DNA of 64,000 nt from Botryllus schlosseri (GCA_051294905.1 CM119371.1:21206001-21270000); one strand, 5' to 3'; shown: positions 12,182-23,111, numbered from the stretch's first letter. Notes: generated by a model not told the origin, from the sequence alone. Translations and numbers: made by a program.

Positions 12182-13891
12182 CCTGTTATCACCTTTAGCA
12201 TATGTGAATCATAAATAATTCATGATCAGGAAATAAAATTAATATTAATTCTAATCAACCTCCTATGTGATTTTTGTGTCGGACTATTTCAATATTTCGA
12301 TAAGTCGGATAAAATGATGATACGTGACATATATACTCAAGCAAGAAACCGCTCCAGTACCAACACCACCGCGTATGCCAATAACATATGACTGAATCAT
12401 GGTAGTTTGCAGAGTTTAGTCAGCCATTGTACAGTTTATGCGCTATGAGAATATCGAGTTAATCCAATTACACCATCATAAAATTTATTCAAGAGTCAAA
12501 ATTATATTATTTTTCAGTATTGTATGGCCGAAATTATTAGAAATAAACATCCAAAAAGTTTAAGCTTCGGTTTTTACTTTATGAGGATAATTTTATATAC
12601 TTTATTATAGTCATGGTAGGGTGCTTGTAATAACGAAGGTGTTTTTAACAACAAGCTATCAATAACTTCACAAATGACACAAGCTAATTGATAAATTTTG
12701 AAATTGCCTGTAAGATATTGAGCTAATTATCAGAGTCGACGGCGATAGAACTATTTTACTTGAGTAATATTTATCGCTACATAAATATCGTTATGCCTTT
12801 GATACGATGTAAATAGTTATCTCGTGCGGCGTCCGTTGCGTGTCGTCACCCTTCGTACACCGTCGAGGAATAAGCTACCCGGTGCCGTTGACTTGTGATT
12901 ATTTGTCGTAGACTTAAGTTGTGATATTGCAAATTTTGAGGTTCTAAGATGGGTCCGTTCGGGTAAAAAGGAGCCCACGAATGCAATAAAGAGACAATTC
13001 TGAGGATGCCGCCCGCCCCTATTTAATCCCTTTTATTGCCCCGAACCCCGAGCGGGGCGGGCGGCATCCTCAGAATTGTCTCTTTATTGCATTCGTGGGC
13101 TCCTTTTTACCCGAACGGACCCATCTTAGAACCTCAAAATTTGCAATATCACAACTTAAGTCTACGACAAATAATCACAAGTCAACGGCACCGGGTAGCT
13201 TATTCCTCGACGGTGTACGAAGGGTGACGACACGCAACGGACGCCGCACGAGATAACTATTTACATCGTATCAAAGGCATAACGATATTTATGTAGCGAT
13301 AAATATTACTCAAGTAAAATAGTTTTATCGCCGTCGACTCTGATAATTAGCTCAATATCTTACAGGCAATTTCAAAATTTATCAATTAGCTTGTGTCATT
13401 TGTGAAGTTATTGATAGCTTGTTGTTAAAAACACCTTCGTTATTACAAGCACCCTACCATGACTATAATAAAGTATATAAAATTATCCTCATAAAGTAAA
13501 AACCGAAGCTTAAACTTTTTGGATGTTTATTTCTAATAATTTCGGCCATACAATACTGAAAAATAATATAATTTTGACTCTTGAATAAATTTTATGATGG
13601 TGTAATTGGATTAACTCGATATTCTCATAGCGCATAAACTGTACAATGGCTGACTAAACTCTGCAAACTACCATGATTCAGTCATATGTTATTGGCATAC
13701 GTGGTGGTGTTGGTACTGGAGCGGTTTCTTGCTTGAGTATATATGTCACGTATCATCATTTTATCCGACTTATCGAAATATTGAAATAGTCCGACACAAA
13801 AATCACATAGGAGGTTGATTAGAATTAATATTAATTTTATTTCCTGATCATGAATTATTTATGATTCACATATGCTAAAGGTGATAACAGG

Positions 13892-16611
13892 ATGTACCAT
13901 CAATCAATACTTATGGATCATGATGAAGTTGAAATTCCTTGTGGGATCTATCATAAAACTACGACTGAATTGGATGTAAAGAATATCGTGAATGGTCTCA
14001 TGGAGAAATCTCGCATGTACGAGTTAGAATTCCGCCAATGCCATCTCAATGAAAACCTTGTAAAGATGATATTGGACCAAATTCGCGAATTTGAATTTGA
14101 GGTAAACACATTTACACATACCGCTCACAGTCACTGAGCATTATAAACCCACGTTCAATTTAAGCATGTTTATCCGTATAATATACATAGCGGGCTTTAA
14201 AAAAAACCTTCATCATGACCGCATTGTTTCATATTAATATTGTTACTACGCGTGAATTGAAGGTATCGTACCGAACAATGCTCAATCGCGCACCGGTGTA
14301 GCCATTTATCGCAATAGTCATACTAGACTAGTGAGAGTTGATGAGGGTTTAATTATTCATCACCTCAATTACTGTTTTATGGGGGAAAGTTTTGCACTCG
14401 TCCAGGTCCAAATAAAAAAAGTCAGCGTCACAGCCCACGATGGCATTGACAAACTCCTGCCAGCCATCTGCGAGTTGATGAAGAAGTGTGGCTCGACGGA
14501 ACTTAACCTGGAAGAAAGTAGCGGATCTAACGATTTTCTGATCGTTTTGAGTCAACTTATCAGACAGCATCAGGTATTGGCGATGAAAATATCCGGACAC
14601 TAATCTAGTATAAATCCTTTCGATATGAGACTTTTATTACCTCATTCCCATAGGTTAAATTGCAAAAACTCGATCTCAGCTACGGAGAAAACATCAACTT
14701 TACGCAACTCGGGACTATTATTTCAAGCGATCTAACCTATTTGTCACTTGTGAACTCGCACTTGCAGTCTAAGGATTTCGTCGCCATGCAGGTCAAAAAC
14801 AGTAAGGTATATGGATCTTGTCTTGAGTGATTGTTGTTCAGTAGTAGTCAATAGTCACATTCTTTATGACTGCTTGCAAAGAGTCCATTTGAGACGAATC
14901 ACAGAAATTCTATTTTAATCTCAGAACATTTCGCCAATCTATTATGACGTGACTGGCTAATCAACATTTCTCTGTTATAAGTTTGTAATGTTTGTCTTCA
15001 TCCCCGATTAATTCTGGTCGTAGGTTGTCAGTTTCCCATATTCGTTTAGCTCCAATATCTCGACATCAGTTATAATCGTCTGGATGAAGAGTGTATGGCT
15101 GCACTGCCGCCCTTATTTTGTAAAGACAGAGCGGTTACTCTTGTGATGAAAGGATGCGACCTCACACCGGAGGAAATTCATGCTTTTGAATGTTTTGGTG
15201 AAATCGAGGTAGCCACTCGTTTCCGCAATTTTGTGTGTCGTTTTCAGAATAATTTGCTGTATTTTGTAGGTTGATAAACTCGATCTAAGTTACAATACGG
15301 ATTTGGAACCGGTAGGATTGCAAGAAATCGGACGTTTCGCGAAAAGGCATAACACGAAGGCAGTTCGACTTTCAGCTTGCGAATTGGATGAACATTCATT
15401 AACGTCGTTGAACAATGGTCTCGGTAATCATGAGGTGATCCATTTTAGCTAGATCTGTTTTGTTTTCTTACTAGTGAAATAATCAAGCATAGTTTGCAAC
15501 TAATGCGAGTTCCAAGCAACGTCAGGCATGGCATTGCATTTAGCGAGCGAATTTATCATCAATAAGGCATTCCTGATCACGTCTGCTGATGAAAGTGTCC
15601 TTGCTTATGAGTGAAAGATTTTCCATCGCTCATTCATATCAATGCTAGTTTCCGCCGTTTCTTCGATATCCTATAGACGTTCATTATTTTCTGTATTACA
15701 CCAGTTTTGCGATGAGGCGGAGAAATTGATAATATTGCTCTGTCGTCGATAAATATTATTATTACAGCAACTGAGTGGTTTGTAGCGTCGTAAAATATCT
15801 GAACATCACACTGTGTTTTAGCTGCATTCGCTGGATTTGAGTAGAAATCCCGACATTTCCTCCTGCTACAAAACAGTAACTGAAATCCTGCACAAAACCC
15901 GCGTTGAAGAATTCAACCTGAGTAATTGCAAGATGCTTTCCATGCAAATCAGGAATCTTAGTGAAGAGATGGGCAAGCGATGCACTACAGTAAGTTCTTT
16001 CTGCTCTCTCATGGTTCTCAATAAAGCAATTTAGTTCAGATTTCGTTTATGAAATTGACCTAAACCTCCTAATATTCAATTATTCAATGAACAGCTAAAG
16101 GTATTCGACCTCAGTGACAGCGATAGAACAAGAATCGACGAGAAATATGTGACTATCATTCAGAGCTTCTTGAAATATCATCCTGAATGTCGCCAACTCA
16201 AACTGATCTTACCGCGCTTGAATGGCGTAGACAGGAAAACTTTAAGGAAACAATTGCATTCGTCCGGTAAGACGATATTTCCGCCTAAATATGCATCTAT
16301 ACATTGGAATTTCGCGCCCTTATTCCTTCACTCCACATTACTTGTCGTGTTCGCTACGTCTTGATAGAATTGTAGGTAGTTACATAACACTACAGGTTAA
16401 CGCAGGTTAATGTAACTTTGCTCACTTGTATGTATTGAGGTTTAGAATCCCCGTGAAATTAATTACTGAGCAAAGTATTCTTCGCAAATAACAACAAAAT
16501 AGCAACATTTATATCTGTTCCATATACACAATATTTATAGAACACGATATTTGGTCGTGGAGAACCAACGATATTTGGCTTCGAAAGATGGATCATTTTG
16601 AGCTGTCATAA
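13892..16611 (+). CDS. Ribonuclease-inhibitor/NLR-type leucine-rich-repeat protein, open copy, about 421 aa
   Basis: GT-AG exons 13892-14101, 14406-14573, 14654-14806, 15050-15208, 15270-15434, 15822-15989, 16095-16266 and a tentative last exon 16541-16611. The internal exons are phase 0, 153-168 nt, and most start with an LRR motif (VKLQKLDLSYG, LQYLDISYNRL, VDKLDLSYN, LHSLDLSRN, LKVFDLSDS). The true start codon is uncertain. Confidence 0.82.
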
Positions 16612-17319
16612 CTCCTTGTCGCTACTATGGTCGGAATTGGATCAAATTTGACCTGCGGCGTTTTCTAGGTAACCTAGCAATTTCCTTACGTAGCTGTATA
16701 AATTTGAAAAATGAAAATGTTCCAGATAAAGACGGTTTTATGGAGCAATCTTTAATGTAATCTCAGAAGAAACTGCATCCGTCCTACAGTAAAATTTATG
16801 TAATTAAACGGTGAAGAAATATATTATTTAAAAAAACATTACATGATGTACGGCAAAGGACTATCCATGATCTTGTTATTGCCATTGCAATAGACGTCAG
16901 TCCAATTCCAACAAGCATGAGCCTCTTCCAAACTTTACTATCATCGAAAGCTGCGTTATCAAAAAATCCTACAAAACTGTCCTGAAACAAACAAAAGAAT
17001 GTAAGCCTTCCTAATCTTGCAGAGGAAAGTTACCGTACTTGCTAGGTAATTCAAAGTTCGCAGCGCTTGGAATGTAAAGTACTGTGCCTTATGACAAAAT
17101 GTAAATTGAAAACCGAATTGTGAAGTGCAAGCTAAGTTTCATTATCGATAGGTGGTATGGACTCTCGAGAGCAGATACACAGTACCTCAAGCTAAATGAT
17201 AATTGCCAAATCCTTATCAGGCCATGTAAAATCGCTTACCCATCCTCCATTTTCCGCTATCCACTTTCGCCTTCTACTACCAATGTAATTCCCGACTGAC
17301 TGTATGATACCTTCTATAT

Positions 17320-18510
17320 CAGGGGTGGGCAAACTTTTGAGCTCGCGGGCCGCATTCAACATCTGAATCCATTTGCGGGCCGCACTATATAAAATTGGGA
17401 TCATAAACCCAATTGCAATATTGGTATTTGAGGACAGGGAGATAATATATGTGCCAAACATTATTGCTTTTGATGATATCGTATACGCGTCAGTAACATA
17501 GTGGCGAGATTGTATAGGCTGGTCGACCTCAATAACCAATTTGTCAAAACTTTCGAGATGAAAGTCGGTTGTCCCGATTCTTAGAACAGGATTTAAATTT
17601 AAATCTGTGAGCACTGAGCAGCGATCTGTTCATAGATTTACTAATTCGATCCAATTTTGGTTCAGTTCCAGGACACACAATACTGACAGCATCGTAACCA
17701 TGTTAGCTTCAAACACGCTTCTACTATGTGTAGATAAAATATGAATACCCCAATTCTACGCATACAGAAAACGAATCGTACTAATTTGTACTAATCGTTT
17801 TTTATAAGCATATCACTTAAATAATTAAAACTGGAGTGCTGGCCAATATGAAATCACACTCGTGAATCGAATTATGTCAATCTCGTATAGGATTTCTGTG
17901 ATGTTTAGCAGTTGGAACCTTTCAAACTTCGTGGGCCTTGAAATCGGGCTGTCGCTGCTGCCCCAGAAATTAAACATAAAAATATCATAGGAAGTATTTA
18001 ACCTTAGAACAGTGGTTCTCAAACTTCTTAAGACACGCCCCCCTTACGATGGTGAAAGTTTGGCACCCCCCTTATCGTCATATCACAAAACGCAACCAGG
18101 ATGCTAGCAAACCTAACGGATAGTTTGATGGCATGGAAGGTTACGACCGTGGATGAGAGATTTTTAAAAATGAAATTCAGACTATATACAGAGCAATAAC
18201 CAAGAATTGTATGTAAATCGCGCGGAGCGCGAATTTTTTTTAGTTGAGCTCAGCTTCGCACCCCCTTCAGATGCTTTCACGCCACCAAGGGGGGGGGGTG
18301 CCTCCCCCCAGTTTGAGAACCACTGCCTTAGAATTATCATGGTGAAATATATTAAGAAAAAGTTTAATAAAGTCCCTGCATTATTTCGATTTTAAGTAGG
18401 CCTACGCATTTTATCAATATTTAAAAAAAAATTCATTAAACTCTCGCGGGCCGCACAGAACGGTGTTGCGGGCCGCATGCGGCCCGCGGGCCGTAGTTTG
18501 CCCACCCCTG
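17320..18510. mobile_element. Non-autonomous hAT element inserted in the Bcl-2 exon
   Basis: 16-bp TIR CAGGGGTGGGCAAACT; perfect 8-bp TSD TTCTATAT (17312-17319 and 18511-18518); empty site present in the left arm (8754-8761). Confidence 0.95.
18010..18325. mobile_element. hAT MITE nested in the previous element
   Basis: TIR CAGTGGTTCTCAAACT; perfect TSD CCTTAGAA (18002-18009 and 18326-18333). Confidence 0.93.
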
Positions 18511-21254
18511 TTCTATATTATCACCGTGATGCTCATCCTCGTTTTTGCGAGCAAGAATGCTACCGAGCACGAACACAGATACGATCCGACCCCAATTCTC
18601 TTGGGTATCTTTAAAAATTTCGTCAGCTATCATCAGGAACATCCGCTCTTCCGCAGAATATTCTTCATATTTTTCGTCGACTTCAACAATACTGTATCGG
18701 AGACGTTTAGAGATTGCGTTTACGACAGTTCGATGTCGCTCGAACATTTCATCACTAACTCGCCGTAAGGTTGCCTCCGCTTTCGTATTTGCTTTAACGC
18801 TCGGCCCGTCTAGTTCGTACATGATAAAATTCCTGGCCAAGGAATATGCCCCGGATAAAATTTCATCCCTTTCTTCAGTGAGCGATGGTGATACTCGTAA
18901 TAATTCCATGGTGTGAAGATAACAGCGAGTCAGAGCTCATTCAGATATCTAAGCTACTTTGAAAATTAGGATCCAAGGATTTGCTAATTCATTATTATGA
19001 GAGAATGATGATGGGGTTGAAATTACGAATTAGAACGTATTCCCTGGTCACCGCAAAGAAAATATTGCCTGTTTCACAATGCATACCACATTAATGATAT
19101 TTTTATGTTTCTCGGACCTTGCATGATAATGTTTTGGATTAATTACTATTCAAGGGACATTCATTAAGAGATTTGCGTTATTTTGAAATTAGTATCAAAG
19201 TATTTGTTTAGTTATTTTTATGAAAAAACTGCCGATGCGGTTGAAATTACGAATTGGAAACCAATTGCGTGCTACCGCAAATACAATATTTCCAGTTTCA
19301 TAATACATACACCATTGATGATATTTTTATATTTCTTCAACCTTATCTATTTATCATAATGTTTCGGACTGATTACTATTCCGGGGAAATGGCTACCAAA
19401 TTTCGTATCGGTGATAACTATATTACTGTAATTTCAGTGCTCGCTAATTAAATTTTACTACTCGACTCGAATCATTATAACAAATTTTTCGATTCGGATT
19501 TCAGCACTCGAATTAGTGCACTAGGCGCATCGAAGAAATTTCGACTCCTTTACTATCCAATTCTAAATGGTCACTATGGGCAATGTCAGAGCAAATTTTA
19601 TGTATAGCAATGTGAATATTATGAATATTATTCATTTTTCAGGGATATTTAATCTCGTCATTCGGAATGGATCAGATAACGTGTTGCGATTTAGGTTTTA
19701 GACAAAACTGGGCCCGTAATACTTATTTTCTAATCACCTTACAATCGCTACTTCTCGTACTTGAGTAGAAGTTTACTATGTTATGATAGTTAAATGTTGA
19801 AAAGTACTTTTCAAAGACCTTGATAAAGTTAGCAGTTTATTCTAAATTGTACTATGAATTTTCGCGATGCTGAATGGCTATCGCAAGGAAAACATGACTA
19901 AATAAATCGAAAAATATTGCAAAGTTAGGCTATGCGATATTAGAGTTCTAAAAATTGCCCTCGACATGAGTCCGTATGTTGGATATTATCGAAAGTAAAC
20001 GAATATCATTTCTCACTACTATCGAGAGCGCAATGCCGAGTAACGTTTTACTCGGTCGGAAATGGCTATACTTCTACTTTAATTGAAAGGAATTATCGGA
20101 CATCGTAGCTTCATGTCCTGTTCATATTGCCAGTTGTTCATTTATTCCGAGAGGTCGCGATCGGTCACCGATTTTGAGTTACTGAAGAAGTTGATAACGA
20201 AAGGTGCTCGATAACGATTTACTCTTGCCTTTATCAAAATATATTCTGGTAGGGCTTGCCTACCAACAGAACTTACTCGAAAGATTACGATTAAAACCAG
20301 GGATGAGCAAACTACGGTTAGCGGATCGCATGCGGAGAACATTTTAGTGGCTCACGATAGCATCAAGATATATTTGTAGATATGGATGAAATGTAATCGA
20401 AAAATATATAATATTTTATCGACCTAATTAAACTCACTATGTTACTTTTTTTTATAGCTGTTGCAATAACCTGACTTCGGGGCCCACGCATTTTCAAATG
20501 TAGTTTATAAACATATCATAAATTCAAAATGGCGATGACTCATTTCGTGTCATGAATGTGATTTTAGATTGACAACTCCAGCACGTTTATTACTTTATGC
20601 GATTTATTTGAAATAAGCGATCCATGCGCGTGTTAAGTAGATTCCGCATCTATAGGTGCACTGGGCAGTAGGCACAATATTAACTTATTCATAACTACCG
20701 CCACGACTCGAAGCAATCTAAAATGCGACGAGTTGAATATAAACGCTTTTTGCAGTAAAGAAACGAGCAAGAAGTAACGAAAACTGTAAGACTTGTAATG
20801 TAATGAAGTCGTTGCTGATTTCAAATTATGAGCTGCCACACAAAGTAACCGAATTAATTGAATATTTAGGACATCGGTAAATTACGTTCGTCTACACGGA
20901 AGAACGTGCAGAATGCATGTTTTACATAGTAAGACATTAGCTGACGGGTAGGTAAAGGTTGCTTGGTTATGATGCTGGCAGCAGGTAGCATCAGCAAATC
21001 TATAACCAGATTGTCGTGCAGTTCTAAGAATCTGTACAATCCACTTCTTCACTAATTTCCGCAAATTGGTTATTGAGGATAAGCAGCTTATAAAACTCGC
21101 TAAATTTTTATGACGTTATAACGAATACGTTATCGTGAAATCAATGCTTGATTTGTTCTAAATATATAGGCTAGTTATTATCTCCATGTCCTCGCCTACG
21201 CGTTTTGGCTCATCATCCTAAATAGGCTATAGTGCGTAACGCGAATGGATTCAT

Positions 21255-21686
21255 ATGTTGCATTCGACCCTTGAGCCAAAACAAGCCGCAGGCATTTTAG
21301 TTGCAATTAAATTACCCTTGTTCTCGACCTACAAAAAATATGCTGGTATTAGATTGAAGACCAATGTGTCAGCCGTTGGGAGTTTATCGCATTGGCGGGC
21401 GACGATGACACTACAAATAACAACTGTACGTGAGCACAGGTTCGTGTTACCACATATTGTAGTGTTGCGACATTGGCCGGACGCATCAGTCCAAATCCTG
21501 AAAGCGAGAAAAGGCGCTCTGATCTTATTTGATGCGGAATTTAACCCCACGGAATCTCAAGTTCGTGTCCACTGGACTGACAGCTGTGTCATAGATGTCT
21601 GCGGAAAAGAGCTCATTCGATTTATTGGGGTCGTCAATATTCAACGAAAATCGGGCTACATAATTGTGCGCGGGTCGCATTGTTAA
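21255..21686 (+). CDS. Mirror copy of the 143-aa hypothetical protein
   Basis: Translation identical to 5586-6017. Confidence 0.45.
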   Translation: MLHSTLEPKQAAGILVAIKLPLFSTYKKYAGIRLKTNVSAVGSLSHWRATMTLQITTVREHRFVLPHIVVLRHWPDASVQILKARKGALILFDAEFNPTESQVRVHWTDSCVIDVCGKELIRFIGVVNIQRKSGYIIVRGSHC

Positions 21687-22119
21687 ATGCGAATTGGTTA
21701 GCATCCAGCTACACATACCGCGCTAAATCGATAAAGCATCAATGCTAGTTGAATATGCTCGTTTGTACGTCTATAATGTTGATGGCACACTCGTCGCTTA
21801 TTATTGCTCATGATTTACAGATCCACTTACATTGATCGTTCGTTGTACGTCTGTAATGGTACTGGTACACTCGTCGCCTAGCCTTACAATTGAGAGCGCG
21901 GGCTCGGAAGCGTACGGTAGTCATCTCTAATTTAATGGTAGCTTTCTTGAGGCCGGAAAATGGACCTGAATCCTTTTCTGAGGTCAATAGGGACCATTAT
22001 CATGTGGATATCCCGAAAAATATATGGTGATTGTCGCACAAATAACAAATGTGTTTTCAATGCTTGTGCCTTATTAGACAACCTTTTTTTAAAAGCTTCA
22101 ATACTAAAGGAGATTGTCA

Positions 22120-22201
22120 GCGAGCGCGATAGTGTAATGGTTACGGTTCTGTTCTACAAGTCATAAGGTCCTCGGTTCGGATCAGGGAGAGGAGCCGTTT
22201 T
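22120..22201 (+). ncRNA. Second, more diverged tRNA-like Pol III unit
   Basis: A box TAGTGTAATGG 22130-22140, B-like GGTTCGGATCA 22174-22184, TTTT 22198-22201. Lies 121 bp from the next unit. Confidence 0.5.
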
Positions 22202-22240
22202 CATTCGGGGTTAAAGGTTCAATACATACGCATATTCTCA

Positions 22241-22322
22241 GCGAGCGCGGTAGTGTAATGGTTACAGTTGCGGTATATAAGGCATGAGGTTCTCGGTTCG
22301 ATTCCAGGAGAAGGCGTGTTTT
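22241..22322 (+). ncRNA. tRNA-like Pol III unit (A box, B box, T4 terminator)
   Basis: A box TAGTGTAATGG 22251-22261, B box GGTTCGATTCC 22295-22305 (44-nt offset, as in tRNA genes), TTTT 22319-22322. No proper acceptor stem. Confidence 0.6.
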
Positions 22323-23111
22323 CATATGTGAGTCGTGAGGTCCTCGGTTCAACTGTCGGCGAGTAACCGTTCTCATAATCCACTGATATTCGAGACAAAA
22401 AATAAAAAAAGAAATACGTCAATTCTCGGCGAGAATCCGTTCTCATAATCCATTAAAAATCGAGCAAAATTAAAATAAAAAAAAAACGCGGGAAAATAAA
22501 AACAATACGCGGGAAAATTTAAATTTGAAAGTGGGCGTGGCTGGACACGTGGCGTAATCTCATTGGTGGCTATAATCGGCCTATATCTACTACTAACCGG
22601 GAACTTTCAATATTGTGATTAACCTCGCTCGCTGCAAAGGAGGAAAACTTCAAGAACTCAAAAATTGGGATATCCTGGCGAAATATTCTTTTGATGTTCC
22701 CGTACTGCAGCGAAGCGGGTGTAGAGAGATTTATGGTCAATATATAGGCGTTTTATTTTGCTACAGACTATACGGATTAGTTGACTTTTACAGTTACTTT
22801 TCACTGTCCATATCTATTCCATTTAGATTAATTGACGTTAAATAATTTTCATTGAGCGTTGATATACCATCAGTATACTCTTTAATGCACTAATACAATT
22901 CGGTAACATTTATCAACTGAATATCCTACTGTTTCAAAACCAACTCGCTTCTATTGAACCCCTATTTACCATTATTGAGTAGCATACATTACAGCCCGAC
23001 ACAAGCACAAATGTAAGGCCGAAAATACTGTACCGCATGAGGGCTCTCACACATGAAGCAGAACTTAAAAAAGTCATGCTCGCTATCCTCGTTGGTCGGA
23101 ACTATGTACAT

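Larger units (their letters stand above)
4762..13019 (+). repeat. Left arm of giant inverted repeat (8258 bp)
   Basis: Mirror ORF pairs sum to 26073 (e.g. 9083+16990, 11936+14137) inside the hAT insertion and to 27272 (e.g. 8363+18909) outside it. Confidence 0.98.
16796..18909 (-). pseudogene. Second Bcl-2/Mcl-1-like copy, exon 1 disrupted by a hAT insertion (17320-18510)
   Basis: Same protein sequence as 8363-9277 up to ...HHGDNIE. It then reads into the transposon and stops at 18436. The remainder (GIIQSVG...NGGW and exon 2 at 16981-16796) resumes after the insertion. Confidence 0.93.
4762..22594. mobile_element. Non-autonomous, fully palindromic Polinton/Maverick-like element carrying host-type cargo genes
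   Basis: Termini are 5'-AGTAGTAGATATAGGCCG...CGGCCTATATCTACTACT-3'. The 6-bp direct repeat AACCGG lies at 4756-4761 and 22595-22600. The whole element is one inverted repeat. No ORF longer than 172 aa, so no pPolB, integrase, ATPase or capsid gene. Confidence 0.8.
13054..22594 (-). repeat. Right arm of giant inverted repeat (9541 bp, including a 1199-bp insertion and an extra 84 bp at about 22382-22465)
   Basis: Reverse complement of 4762-13019 apart from two indels and at least 8 substitutions seen by eye (left positions 7183, 8131, 9737, 10251, 10433, 11333, 12371, 12748). Confidence 0.98.

Noticed and set aside
17192..17614. 140-aa ORF as a novel gene
   Set aside because: It is a chimera of transposon sequence, the end of Bcl-2 exon 1 and intron read-through.
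22241..22322. Functional tRNA gene
   Set aside because: A and B boxes are present, but the acceptor and T stems do not pair properly and there is no clear anticodon arm.
4762..22594. Palindrome as an assembly or chimeric-read artefact
   Set aside because: The arms differ by a TSD-flanked insertion, an 84-bp indel and several substitutions, and the whole unit has its own TSD and defined termini. Long-read confirmation is still desirable.
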